Shown piece after piece: positions 1 through 10,298 of a stretch of 64,000 nucleotides of DNA. The stretch lies in assembly GCA_947626095.1 (NCBI GenBank), contig CANQQV010000006.1:1756-65755 (forward strand). The letters are read 5' to 3'. Position numbers and translations under genes: made by a program. The notes below the pieces were generated by a model. It made no database searches, had not been told where the DNA came from, and was given only the letters and a program-made list of their open reading frames with translations. Each line of letters begins with the position of its first letter. The stretch's first letter is position 1. This DNA is from an uncultured Bacilli bacterium (GTDB taxonomy: Bacteria; Bacillota_I; Bacilli_A; RF39; UBA660).

Positions 1-73
1 AATGTTTATTTCCTTCTAATGAAAGAACAGGTGTTGTTCCATCATCAATAATAGTTTTTCTTATTGACTCCAT
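1..73 (-). CDS. hypothetical protein, 5' fragment (gene continues past window start)
   Basis: ATG at 73-71 preceded by AGAGG SD (rev-comp of 81-85). Frame stays open (MESIRKTIIDDGTTPVLSLEGNKH) to position 1. Confidence 0.3.
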   Translation of the reverse strand, partial: MESIRKTIIDDGTTPVLSLEGNKH

Positions 74-354
74 TTATTTACCTCTGATTATTACTAAATT
101 AATTATATCATATATTTAATTTAGTAAAGACAAGTGATTTATTTTTAAGTGTTTTAAAAAGATGTTAAGGTAGAATTTGGTTCAAAAAGAACTGGTTTTT
201 AAAAATTTTATAAACGGATATAACATAATATAAGAAAGTGAATTGATAAATGTATAAATTGTAATTTTTTATTGCTCATTTTTGCTATAAGTTATAGTTA
301 TTACCTAATATATTACTGAAATGATATAATTAAGTAAGAAAGTAGAGGTATGAT

Positions 355-975
355 ATGAAGAAGTATTTAGATTTTATTATAAAAGGTATATATGCTGGTA
401 TTTTAATAAGCATGGGTGGTATTGCTTATTTAGCTATAGAAAATAAAATAGTTGGTTCTTTTATATTCTCGTTTGGTTTATTAACTGTGTGTATGTATTC
501 ATTTAATTTATATACTGGAAAAGTAGGTTATTTACTTGATAATAAATTAAGCTACATAATTGAGCTATTATTATCTTTAATTGGTAATTTTATTGGAACT
601 TTAGTAGTTGGGAATGTGATGCGTTTAACAAGGTTTAGTAGTTATATTGAGAAGGCTCAAAACTTAGTTAATATTAAGTTAAATGATAGTTTGTTAAGTA
701 TTTTTATTTTAGCTGTATTTTGTGGTGTTATTATGTATATTGCAGTTAATAATTATAAAAAGCAAAAAGACGTAATAGGGAAGTATATGACAATATTTAT
801 GGGGGTTATGGCTTTTATATTATGTGGTTTTGAACACTGCGTAGCTAATATGTTTTATTTTAGTATAGCTGGAGTTTATTCATTTAAAATGTTTTATTAT
901 TTAATTGTTATGATATTAGGTAATAGTTTAGGATCGTTAATTATATCATTCTATGATTTAAAGCTAAAAAAATAA
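355..975 (+). CDS. formate/nitrite transporter (FNT) family membrane protein, short form
   Basis: 206-aa polytopic ORF with FEHCVANMF motif typical of FNT channels. SD AGAGG upstream. Confidence 0.75.
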   Translation: MKKYLDFIIKGIYAGILISMGGIAYLAIENKIVGSFIFSFGLLTVCMYSFNLYTGKVGYLLDNKLSYIIELLLSLIGNFIGTLVVGNVMRLTRFSSYIEKAQNLVNIKLNDSLLSIFILAVFCGVIMYIAVNNYKKQKDVIGKYMTIFMGVMAFILCGFEHCVANMFYFSIAGVYSFKMFYYLIVMILGNSLGSLIISFYDLKLKK

Positions 976-997
976 GAACCATTTAAAGGTTCTTATT

Positions 998-2137
998 TTA
1001 TATTCTGTATAATACAGTTTTCTTCTTAGATACGTATAACATACCTCGAGCTAGAAGATAAGCTAAGATTAAAGCTATAAAGCTTATGAATGCACCTGTT
1101 TCTGGATTTTCTAATTTAGGTGCAGCTTTAGCTGTCTTAGTTGGCTTTTGACTACTAGTTGTAGTAGTTGTAGTTGTTTTAATCGGATTAGCGATAGATA
1201 TCTTTGATATTCTTGATGATTTAGGAATATTATTAAAATTAGTAAAATATGTAATATGATCTGAATTAAAGGTTGCATCACTTAATGGTTTTAAATAGTA
1301 TTTATTATCTTTGTTATTTATTAAGTCTTGTCTTCTTGATTCAACGTCTAACCAAGTAGGATCTATACTATACCATTTGCCGTCGATAGCAACAATATTC
1401 CAAGCATGGACTGTGCCATCAGGATTATTTTTATCAGTATATCCAACAACGTTCATTGTCATAATACCTAGTTTATTTAAAATTTGACTTTCTAGATGAG
1501 CATAGTGTTCACAGACACCCATCTTTTTTTCAAATATTGATTCATTTAAACTTAAGTCTTCATATAACCAATCATCGTCATATGTTATATTATCTATAAC
1601 GTATAAAGTTGTTTTTTTGATTATATCTTTAACTGTTTTGTTACTTTTATTATATATTTCTTTGGCTACTTCATTAATTTTAGCATCGTATTGTGGATCA
1701 ATAGAGTATTCTTCATTTAAGAATGAGCCAGTACCATAGTTAACTTTGTTGTACATAGTACTACCTAGATCAAAGGAATCATATACTTTGACACGACTTA
1801 TGGTTGTTAAATCGAAGGTCGTCATATTAACAATAGAATTATTGATATATAAAGTATTTATTTGGTCATTTGGTGATAATTTTAGTAGCTTTCCGTTCTC
1901 TAAGTATACATTATCAAGAGTGATATATACTAAGTCGTTAAAACGGTTAAAATCAACGCTATTCAAGTACGGTAAGTCATCTTTTTCGATAAGCAAATCA
2001 TAAGCAGAACGGTATAGACTACCAGAGCTATCATTGACAACGTCTTTCAGCTTTGTATAATCTGCATTGACATTTATTACCCAAATTAACGTAAATAACG
2101 AGACTATTGACAGTATATGTTTAAGTCTTTTTACCAT
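998..2137 (-). CDS. secreted transglutaminase-like (Cys-His-Asp) protein with C-terminal NPETG cell-wall sorting signal
   Basis: N-terminal signal peptide. Core GVCEHYAH...HAWN...DPTW. Thr-rich linker, then NPETG plus a hydrophobic helix and KKK tail. Confidence 0.75.
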   Translation of the reverse strand: MVKRLKHILSIVSLFTLIWVINVNADYTKLKDVVNDSSGSLYRSAYDLLIEKDDLPYLNSVDFNRFNDLVYITLDNVYLENGKLLKLSPNDQINTLYINNSIVNMTTFDLTTISRVKVYDSFDLGSTMYNKVNYGTGSFLNEEYSIDPQYDAKINEVAKEIYNKSNKTVKDIIKKTTLYVIDNITYDDDWLYEDLSLNESIFEKKMGVCEHYAHLESQILNKLGIMTMNVVGYTDKNNPDGTVHAWNIVAIDGKWYSIDPTWLDVESRRQDLINNKDNKYYLKPLSDATFNSDHITYFTNFNNIPKSSRISKISIANPIKTTTTTTTSSQKPTKTAKAAPKLENPETGAFISFIALILAYLLARGMLYVSKKKTVLYRI

Positions 2138-2326
2138 TTTATTTGGCTCCCTTCTTATTCTTTTGACATTTTGTAATAATACAGTTATCTATATTATCAC
2201 TATTAATATATCAAATATTAGGATGAAAAGCACTATATTTCGATAGTAAAAATGTAAAGTAATTTTTGAATATTTTACGTTTTCCCTTTGCACAGCGTAA
2301 ATATTTACAATTTCCTATTTACACAT

Positions 2327-2347
2327 AAAAAAATTAGCTTTCGCTAA
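2327..2347 (-). terminator. weak intrinsic terminator downstream of tsaC
   Basis: On the minus strand: TTAGC-GAAA-GCTAA hairpin followed by T7. Confidence 0.4.
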
Positions 2348-2352
2348 CCTTT

Positions 2353-3369
2353 TTATAATTCAATATAATTATGGGAACAAGCTCTAATTAAACGGTTCAT
2401 AATAGCAAGGCCTAAACCAGTTGTTTCGACACCTTCGATAATTACTAATTCTTTATTTTCTTTATCAATACTTCTTAAGATACGGAAGATATTATGAGAT
2501 ATTTCTTCAAGAGTTTTACCGTATCCAATTGCATTTTTAAATTTAGTTATGTTTTGATTATTTGTTATTACTAGGGTGTTATCGTTTTCAAGTTCTTGCA
2601 TTTTATTAAGCATTTTGTTCTTATCATCACTATAAACTAAGACGCATTTCGTTTGAGGAGCATAGTGTCTGTATTTCATACCTGGAGATAGAACTGGTTC
2701 GTTTTTTTCAACCTCTTTTAGGACGTGACTGGAAACATTAACTTTAGCAAATTTGCTTAGATCTTCATAGGTTATTTTACCTGGTCTTAAGATATTAATT
2801 TCATTATTTATGACTCTAATAACTGTTGATTCTAGACCAATTTTGGTGTCACCACCATCAATGATGTAATCAACACGATCATTTAGTTCATTAAAGATAT
2901 CATTAATATTGGTACCACTTGGTTTACCGGATATATTAGCACTAGGAGCAGCAATAGGGGTGTTAGATAGTTCAATTAAATCATGAGCTATTTTATTTTC
3001 AGGCATTCTGATACCAACAGTATCGAGGTTAGCTGTAACAACATTTGGAACAATATCTTTTCTATTTAAAACAATAGTTAATGGACCAGGGAAAAAGTTA
3101 TTAATAAGTTCGTATTCTAAAGGGGAAATGTCTTTAGCTATTCTTTCAATCATTTCAATATTGGAAACATGAAGAATAAGAGGATTATCAGAAGCTCTTC
3201 CTTTAGCAATAAAAATATTTTTAACGGCTTCTTCGTTTAAACCATCAGCCCCAATTCCATAAACTGTTTCTGTAGGGAATAGAACTAGTTGGCCGTTTTT
3301 GATACATTCAGCGGCTTCTTTTAATAATTCTTTTTGATAATTAGTTCGAACATCTAAGTATTTAGCCAT
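2353..3369 (-). CDS. tsaC: L-threonylcarbamoyladenylate synthase (Sua5/YwlC long form)
   Basis: YrdC-fold motifs (FPTETVYGIGADG, SANISGKP) plus a Sua5 C-terminal domain. Likely start is MAKYLDV at 3369 with GGTGA SD; the ORF track extends to 3381. Confidence 0.9.
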   Translation of the reverse strand: MAKYLDVRTNYQKELLKEAAECIKNGQLVLFPTETVYGIGADGLNEEAVKNIFIAKGRASDNPLILHVSNIEMIERIAKDISPLEYELINNFFPGPLTIVLNRKDIVPNVVTANLDTVGIRMPENKIAHDLIELSNTPIAAPSANISGKPSGTNINDIFNELNDRVDYIIDGGDTKIGLESTVIRVINNEINILRPGKITYEDLSKFAKVNVSSHVLKEVEKNEPVLSPGMKYRHYAPQTKCVLVYSDDKNKMLNKMQELENDNTLVITNNQNITKFKNAIGYGKTLEEISHNIFRILRSIDKENKELVIIEGVETTGLGLAIMNRLIRACSHNYIEL

Positions 3370-3417
3370 AAAAATCACCAATGAAGATTATACTATTATT
3401 TTTTAAAAACTACAATT

Positions 3418-4215
3418 TTATTTAAAGATATGAAAGGTTTCTTTTAGTTCGTTAAATGAAGCATTGTTATGACCAACTATATCAAAGACTTTAGCATATT
3501 CGGCAAAATCTTTTTCGGTATTTTCATTTAAAAAACCAATTTTTAGTGTTTTATCTTTTTTATCTTCACTAACCATTTTAATATCATCGATTCCATCACC
3601 TAGTAAAACGATATTCTCTTTATCTTTGATAATTTCTTTGATAGTTGGAGGAAGACCAATATCATTTTTATTTAGGGAATGAATAATGTTGTTAGAGATA
3701 CCAGTGGCAATGCCGTTTTCGAATTTAATGAAGTTTGCAACAATATGAATGTTATCATATAAAGCATTATTTTGAATTAGGAATTCTTGGATAAAATTAC
3801 CAATACCAGCAGAGATGATAATTACGGGTATATTTTTAGCATACATAGTTTGTAAGAATTCTTTAGCGCCATCTCTAAATTTCATCATATGAGAATTTTT
3901 GGCAGTAGCTTTGATAACTGATTCTGGTAGTTGATACTTAATAAATAAATTAATATGATTCGTCCACCATTCAATCATTAATTTATTTTTAGTTTCGTAA
4001 TCTAAAGTTAAATTAATTTCAATAGGGCGATATTTATTATAAAGGTTTTGTCTTTCTTTAATATAATCTTCAGAGACGTTACCACTTTTTGAGAGCACTC
4101 CCCAAGAAGACTCACTATCGCCGGCTGTTATTGTACGATCAAAGTCAGTTACAATATAGTAGTTATTGTTCCAATTATTTACGGAATCTATAATTTTGTC
4201 TTTAATATATAGCAT
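3418..4215 (-). CDS. HAD-superfamily 5'-nucleotidase, UMPH-1 / cytosolic nucleotidase III-like
   Basis: DFDRTIT (motif I), IISAGIGNFI, IHSLNKN, LLGDGIDD and YRPIE...EWW all match the UMPH-1 pattern. Start taken at MLYIKDK (4215) because the track start 4302 overlaps the divergent neighbour. Confidence 0.8.
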   Translation of the reverse strand: MLYIKDKIIDSVNNWNNNYYIVTDFDRTITAGDSESSWGVLSKSGNVSEDYIKERQNLYNKYRPIEINLTLDYETKNKLMIEWWTNHINLFIKYQLPESVIKATAKNSHMMKFRDGAKEFLQTMYAKNIPVIIISAGIGNFIQEFLIQNNALYDNIHIVANFIKFENGIATGISNNIIHSLNKNDIGLPPTIKEIIKDKENIVLLGDGIDDIKMVSEDKKDKTLKIGFLNENTEKDFAEYAKVFDIVGHNNASFNELKETFHIFK

Positions 4216-4285
4216 AATATCACCAGTAAATATAATAACATAAATAGAATAGGGGGTGTGGTATAATTTAAGTGAGGTGTAACGT

Positions 4286-5182
4286 ATGGATAGATTTGTC
4301 ATTATAGAAATAGGTAGTACTAATACTAAGGGATATGTTTATGATAAAGGTGAAGTTAAAAGCTTAGGATTTAGGACGATTGAATTTAAAAATCATTATA
4401 AAAAAGAGAATAAAATTGCTGAAGATGATAAAGAATTACTATTTAGTTTTGTTAATGAAATAAAGGAAGATAATACTTATGTTTTTGGAACAAGTATTTT
4501 TAGAAATTTATCTAGTGAACAAAAAGATGAGTGGTTAAAAGAATTTAAGGATAGGACAGGAATAGATTTTAGAATTGTAACACCAGATATGGAAAATGAG
4601 TATACTGTTTATGGAGCGATTGCAGACATCAATTATAAAGGAAAGATAGCAGTTATGATTGGTGGTGGAGGCTCTACGGAATTATCAATTGTGGAAAATA
4701 AGAAAATTATTGAAAAAGCTAATTCTTCGTTTGGAGCAATGGACACTACGGATATGTTTCCAGATATTAAAACAGATAAAGCAAGTACTGATTATGATTT
4801 AATGGTAGAAGAAACTAAAAAGTTAGTAAATATACCAAAGAATAAAGCAGATATTTTAATTTTAGCTGGAGGAGATTATATCTATTTTTATGAAGAATTA
4901 AATTATCCTGTTACCAAAAATAAGTTTTATGATAATCCCTTACAACCTTATTCTTTAGATACTAAAACAATGGATAGATTAGATCGTAATTTCTTTTATG
5001 AAGTATCTTTAGATGAAGTATGTGAAAGAACACAGAATGAAGGTTGGTGGCGTGGAGCACGTGGAATGCGTTTATGTGTTAAAGCTTTAGTTGATATTTT
5101 AGGGGTTAAAGATATAATTCCAACGAGAATTACAATGGTTTATGGAATTGTGGAGAAGATAAAAAATAAAGAATTAAAATAA
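4286..5182 (+). CDS. Ppx/GppA-like ASKHA-fold phosphatase family protein
   Basis: N-terminal IEIGSTNTK and GGGGSTELS motifs resemble the Ppx/GppA N-domains. About 300 aa. Confidence 0.5.
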   Translation: MDRFVIIEIGSTNTKGYVYDKGEVKSLGFRTIEFKNHYKKENKIAEDDKELLFSFVNEIKEDNTYVFGTSIFRNLSSEQKDEWLKEFKDRTGIDFRIVTPDMENEYTVYGAIADINYKGKIAVMIGGGGSTELSIVENKKIIEKANSSFGAMDTTDMFPDIKTDKASTDYDLMVEETKKLVNIPKNKADILILAGGDYIYFYEELNYPVTKNKFYDNPLQPYSLDTKTMDRLDRNFFYEVSLDEVCERTQNEGWWRGARGMRLCVKALVDILGVKDIIPTRITMVYGIVEKIKNKELK

Positions 5183-5302
5183 AAAAGTGGATTTGATTAT
5201 AATACCTCCAAAGTTCTTTCTAAATATATTTTAACATATCTTTATGTTCTTTTTATTTAGTGAGTACTTGACGGGTACTAGTATCTTTGGTCTACTTTTT
5301 GT

Positions 5303-6646
5303 TTAGAATTTTAAAGCTTTTTTAGAATTAGTATTTGGTGTTGGAGAGGGATTACTTGGTATATCAATAGCTGCAAGTTCCATAATAAGTTTTACTAATT
5401 CTAAATTTTTTATTTTGGTATTATCGTATTTACTTAAGAATTCGTTTATGAAGTATTGGCATTTATAAAGTTGTTTATTTTCTTTGTCAATATTCTTTAA
5501 AAGTTTTAAAAGTTTAATTGTAATATTTAGTTTATAGTTTAAAGCATTAATAGCACTTTCCTGGTTAATGTTGGTATTAGGTAATGTTAAGCTGTTTAGA
5601 AAATCCCTAGTAATTTCAAAGATAACACGACAATAGTTTTCGCTTTCTTCAGAAGGTATTTGAAAATCTTGTTCAATAATAATAAATAAGATAAACTGAC
5701 GATATACGGCTTCTTTTTGATGAGCTATTATATTAGAATAAGTAGAGCGTAATTGGTTATATTCATTAATAAGGATATTTAAAGGTTTTAAAGTAATATG
5801 AGATGATTGATCTTTTTGGAAAAAGTTTCTTAGTAATTGATTAGTATTTAGGAGAGAAGGATTACTTTGAATAGTATTTAATAATTGTAATAAATCAGAA
5901 TATATATTTGTATATGCGAAGGTAAGATTATAATTATTTAGTTGCATCCATTCTTGATATATATAATCAAGATGTTTTTTGTTAGCGTACTGATATTGAG
6001 ATAGGTACTCTAAAGTATTATTTATAGCATGAGAATTGGCATGATTTTCTAATTCTTGGTAACTAATATTACAGAATGGTAATGTTACTTTAGAAGGTTG
6101 TGGTGTAAGAGTATGTTTAGTATAGGCTAGTGATTCTTCACTAACTAAGTTATTTTGTTTATCGTTATATTGATGATAGTGTTCAATAAGGTGATTAATT
6201 ATAAAGATAATTACTAGCAGATTATTAGTACTTCTTAGAATTGATGTTTCTGGTAATAAAGTTGTTAATTCGTTGCCGTATAATTCATATTGTAAAACAG
6301 AAGATGAAATATTTAATCTTTTATGATGAGGGATAAAACCATTAACTTTATTTGAGAATTCTACATAATTAATAGAGATAGGTGGTAAGTTATGTTTAGT
6401 ACATGCTTTATTCATAACGTGTAATAAAAGAAGTTTTTTTCCTTCGAGACATATTTCTTTTTTGCAGTTAATAATGAAAGTGATTATAACATCAAGCATA
6501 GATTGCTCTAGAGATTGTAAATTAGAAAAATTGTTATAAAAAAAAGTGAATATTGTTTGTTGATGTTCTAAAGATAAAGTATAATTAGGATTGTTTAAGT
6601 TATTACTTATTTGTTGATAGATTTTAACGATGTTTAAGGTTGGCAT
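5303..6646 (-). CDS. hypothetical protein (helical, Q/N/L-rich)
   Basis: Long uninterrupted 447-codon ORF with GGAGGTGA SD. No motif recognised. Confidence 0.6.
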   Translation of the reverse strand: MPTLNIVKIYQQISNNLNNPNYTLSLEHQQTIFTFFYNNFSNLQSLEQSMLDVIITFIINCKKEICLEGKKLLLLHVMNKACTKHNLPPISINYVEFSNKVNGFIPHHKRLNISSSVLQYELYGNELTTLLPETSILRSTNNLLVIIFIINHLIEHYHQYNDKQNNLVSEESLAYTKHTLTPQPSKVTLPFCNISYQELENHANSHAINNTLEYLSQYQYANKKHLDYIYQEWMQLNNYNLTFAYTNIYSDLLQLLNTIQSNPSLLNTNQLLRNFFQKDQSSHITLKPLNILINEYNQLRSTYSNIIAHQKEAVYRQFILFIIIEQDFQIPSEESENYCRVIFEITRDFLNSLTLPNTNINQESAINALNYKLNITIKLLKLLKNIDKENKQLYKCQYFINEFLSKYDNTKIKNLELVKLIMELAAIDIPSNPSPTPNTNSKKALKF

Positions 6647-6700
6647 GTTGTCACCTCCGGTAATAATATATTATTTTAATTTATAATAAAAAACAAGTCA

Positions 6701-7594
6701 TTATTTTTTTGACTTGTTTTTAGTATTTTTCTTTTGGCTATCAGTAACTTTTTTGGTCTTTTCTTTTGTCTTTTCTTCTTTTATTTCATATTCTTTTTCA
6801 TCGTTGTTTTTTGTTACTTTTTCTAATTCTTCATCATCAATTTTAGCAATACTTATTAAGTTAGCTTTCTTTTCAGGATTTTCAATATCGATACCTAATT
6901 TATTATATATTTCATCGATACGATCATGAATCTTATTATTTTGTGAATTAATGAATAAGATTATGATTAATGTAGCAATTGCAACTGTAACGATGTTTGC
7001 AATAATTATTCCTAAATTTTTGGCATTTTCTTTCTTTTCAGCTTCTTTTTCAGCTTCTCTCATTGCTTCAAAGATATCATAACGATCTTTAGGATCTTTA
7101 GCATATTCAGTATCTATTGCATTTTTGACTGCTTCTTCATCGAAACCTTGTAAAACTGTTTCACCAATGATGATTACAGGAACACCATTACCATTTTCTA
7201 TGTCACCTTGAATTTTACTTGTACCAACAAAGTCTTGAACAGCTTTGGCTAATTCTCCATTTTCGGCTGCTGATTCTGTTCTCCATAATTCAAAAGCTTT
7301 AAGTTGAAATTTAGCATCGTATTCTGGAGCTATTTCGTTTAAGTAAGTTAAAAAACTATGACAAATTGAACATCCATAACCGATAAAAGCATATACAGTT
7401 ACTTGATCGTCAGAATCATCAACTTTGTTAATTGATAAATCAATTGAAGTATAACCGTCAGCTCCACTAAATAAACTTTCTTCACCATTGATAGCTTCAA
7501 TTAAATTCATTGAAGTATAGTCATCAGGATTTGGAGCAGCAAATGTAATTATTGGTAGAAGTAGACCAGTAATTAACAATAATATTTTTTTCAT
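6701..7594 (-). CDS. exported thioredoxin-fold protein (CSIC motif) with C-terminal TM anchor and K/E-rich tail
   Basis: Signal peptide, GYGCSICHSF CxxC motif, one TM near the C-terminus, lysine-rich tail. Confidence 0.6.
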   Translation of the reverse strand: MKKILLLITGLLLPIITFAAPNPDDYTSMNLIEAINGEESLFSGADGYTSIDLSINKVDDSDDQVTVYAFIGYGCSICHSFLTYLNEIAPEYDAKFQLKAFELWRTESAAENGELAKAVQDFVGTSKIQGDIENGNGVPVIIIGETVLQGFDEEAVKNAIDTEYAKDPKDRYDIFEAMREAEKEAEKKENAKNLGIIIANIVTVAIATLIIILFINSQNNKIHDRIDEIYNKLGIDIENPEKKANLISIAKIDDEELEKVTKNNDEKEYEIKEEKTKEKTKKVTDSQKKNTKNKSKK

Positions 7595-7700
7595 TTAAAA
7601 CACCACCTATTAATAATTATAACATAATTTAGAGTATTGTTAAAAAAAGTTACAATAAAAAAACTATTAATAAGGGTTATGTTATTAACAGTTTTAAAGT

Positions 7701-8450
7701 TTAATCTAATTTAAGTGTTTGTTCTGGTGTTACTAAGTTATCAAATGGTTCAAAATCAAAGTTTATATCAAAGCTAGCAGCAAATAAACGAGCTCTTTTA
7801 ATATCAGCTGGGGTTGTTGCTTTACTTAATAATGAGTAGATAATACTTTTTAGGAAACCATGATAAATATTAGTTCTTTCGTCATAGGCTGTTATGATTT
7901 TATCTAAATCATTAGTTATTGGTAAAAGACGCATTTGTTTTAATAAATCTCTAGCTTCTTTAATAGTAAGACCAGTAAATAAGTTGTTTATTTTTTGATT
8001 GCGTAGAGAAGGTAATAAACCTGGTAGTACTTGAACTTCTTCAGCTTCAGTTATTTTATTTCCTTCAGTATGAAAATGAGCTGAATATGTTCCTCTTAGG
8101 ACATCTATAATACCTGGATATGTAGGAATTCTTAGCATTTCAAAAGTAAAATCTGATAAATTTTCGTACATATCTGTTACTTCGATTTCGACAGGACAGT
8201 TACTATTTAAAGAACTTTCTGGAAATTTAGTTATTAAATAATTAACTATTTCTGATACGGCATTATTGTATTCAGTCATTAAATTGTTTTCTCTTTCTTC
8301 GTTACTTTCTATACCATATTTTTTAAAATATTTTTCATTAAATCTAACATATTCATTTAGATTATTAAGGTATTTTCTTTCGATTACGTCAATAGGAGAT
8401 AATTCTTTTTTTTCTTCTTTTTGTTCATTCTTTTTAAACTTACCAAACAT
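7701..8450 (-). CDS. hypothetical protein
   Basis: ORF with AGGTGG SD 8 nt before MFGKFKK (8450). The track start 8480 lacks an SD. Confidence 0.6.
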   Translation of the reverse strand: MFGKFKKNEQKEEKKELSPIDVIERKYLNNLNEYVRFNEKYFKKYGIESNEERENNLMTEYNNAVSEIVNYLITKFPESSLNSNCPVEIEVTDMYENLSDFTFEMLRIPTYPGIIDVLRGTYSAHFHTEGNKITEAEEVQVLPGLLPSLRNQKINNLFTGLTIKEARDLLKQMRLLPITNDLDKIITAYDERTNIYHGFLKSIIYSLLSKATTPADIKRARLFAASFDINFDFEPFDNLVTPEQTLKLD

Positions 8451-8549
8451 TATAAAACCACCTACTGCGTATTGTAGCACAAAAGATAAAAAGTGTATAG
8501 TTTTGCTCTTTTAAATGGTATAATATAAATAATAAGGTAGTGTGATAAG

Positions 8550-10262
8550 ATGAAAAAAGGCTTAATTCTATTATTTTTATTATTTATACCAGTAGTTTGT
8601 TATGCAAATCCAGATTATACAATAGATAAATATAAGATAGATATTGATATTAATAATAATGATTACATAGTAAAAGAAAATATTGAGGTGTCGTTTCATA
8701 AAATAGTAACTAATATGAAGATGACTTTACCATATGATATTAAAGATTTAAAGATTAATACTGAATATGATACTGTTACTAGTGATAATAGAATAATAAC
8801 AATTAGTAATGATAAAAAAGCTAATAGTAGTTATGAAGTAAGTTATTTATTACCTAGTAATAGTGAGGGTAATAGCTATAATATTGAGATTGCTAATAAC
8901 TATGATGGAATAATAAAAGAAACAGAATTTGTTGTTAATCTACCTAGTTCAGTGACTAAAGAAAATATTAAATTTTATTATGAAGATGAAGATGTAACTA
9001 AGGATATTGAATATAAGTTAGAAGGAAATAAAGTTGTTGGTAGTTATAAGAAGGCTTTATTAAATGGTGATAAATTAGTTTTAAATGTTAAATATAATAA
9101 AGTTTATATTAATGGGTTTAATTTATTAGTAATTGTTTTACCTATTATATTATCTATTATTAGTTATTATATATGGTATATGTATGGTAAAGATTTAAAA
9201 GTTAATATTGTTAAATCATTTAGTTTACCTAAAGATTTAACACCATTGGATATAGCTTTAGTTAAAAATGAAAAAGTAGTAAATGATGATGTATTTGCTT
9301 TCTTAATATATATGGCTAATAAAGGGTATATTAAGATAGTTGAAGAGAAGAATAATGAATTTTATTTAGAACGAGTTAAAGATTATGATGGTGATAATTA
9401 TCAAGAAGAAGTGTTTATTAAAGCGTTATTTAGAAAGACAATGAAAATTACTTTAGCCGAATATATCGATTTAGTATCAGAGAAAAAACAAATTGAAAAG
9501 GAAGAAAAGTTAGAAAAGAAAGTAGCTTCTACGGATTTGGTTTATTGTTATAAGAGAGCTTTAACTAATTTATTACCAGCTATTAATAATGATGAAGAAA
9601 AAGCAACTTATTATGAATTAGAATCTGATCGTAAGAAAAATATCTTAATATTCTTTGTTGCAGCTATTTTAGTTTTTATTACTCTAGTTCCTTTTGTTGA
9701 AATTAATAAATTGTATTTATTTCCATTTTCGATTATATATAGTGTTATTGCTTTAAAGATTCTTTTGATGTTAGTTAATAGTATTAATATAGATGATGAA
9801 AGAAATAAAAATAAGAAAATATATATGTTGTTGTTAAGTATATTAGTAATAATGATATGTGTAATTGTTCTTATACCTTCATTTAGAAGAAATTTAATAT
9901 ATTCATTAGCTTTTATCATAAGTTTTATAAGTGTTGTATTTATATTAATTTTGTATAAATATATGCCAAAGAGAACTTTATATGGTAGTAAGGTGTTTGC
10001 TAAAATTGAAGGATTAAAGATATTTGTTGATACTTGTGATAAGAGTGATTTAGAAATAGCATTGAAAAAGAATAAAGATTATTTATATGATTTGTTGGCT
10101 TATTCTTATATTCTTGGTAAGACAAGTAAAGTATTTAGTTTAATGAAAAATAGTAATATTAAAGAACCAAAATGGTATAAGTTAAAAGATGAATTTACAG
10201 TTGTGAAGTTTTATAATTCATTAAATAGATTAAAGAGTAATTTAATGAAAGAACTTAGTTAA
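8550..10262 (+). CDS. DUF2207-like membrane protein (signal peptide, extracellular domain, several TM helices)
   Basis: Topology and size resemble the DUF2207 family. This is recollection only, with no catalytic motif. Confidence 0.5.
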   Translation: MKKGLILLFLLFIPVVCYANPDYTIDKYKIDIDINNNDYIVKENIEVSFHKIVTNMKMTLPYDIKDLKINTEYDTVTSDNRIITISNDKKANSSYEVSYLLPSNSEGNSYNIEIANNYDGIIKETEFVVNLPSSVTKENIKFYYEDEDVTKDIEYKLEGNKVVGSYKKALLNGDKLVLNVKYNKVYINGFNLLVIVLPIILSIISYYIWYMYGKDLKVNIVKSFSLPKDLTPLDIALVKNEKVVNDDVFAFLIYMANKGYIKIVEEKNNEFYLERVKDYDGDNYQEEVFIKALFRKTMKITLAEYIDLVSEKKQIEKEEKLEKKVASTDLVYCYKRALTNLLPAINNDEEKATYYELESDRKKNILIFFVAAILVFITLVPFVEINKLYLFPFSIIYSVIALKILLMLVNSINIDDERNKNKKIYMLLLSILVIMICVIVLIPSFRRNLIYSLAFIISFISVVFILILYKYMPKRTLYGSKVFAKIEGLKIFVDTCDKSDLEIALKKNKDYLYDLLAYSYILGKTSKVFSLMKNSNIKEPKWYKLKDEFTVVKFYNSLNRLKSNLMKELS

Positions 10263-10298
10263 ATAGTAGTATAATAGAAGTGTTAAGGATGTGATACG

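Noticed and set aside
74-354. Possible riboswitch or leader upstream of the FNT transporter gene.
   Set aside because: The 280-nt spacer is uniformly AT-rich, with no convincing conserved-looking helices or terminator.
1746-2003. 85-codon ORF antisense to the transglutaminase-like gene. Similar antisense ORFs occur at 6714-6929, 8266-8514, 9611-9919, 12643-12846, 15756-15974 and 16156-16353.
   Set aside because: Each lies fully inside, or mirrors, a longer and better-supported gene on the opposite strand. They lack SD sequences and have low-complexity, Leu/Ile/Phe/Ser-rich translations typical of antisense frames in AT-rich DNA.
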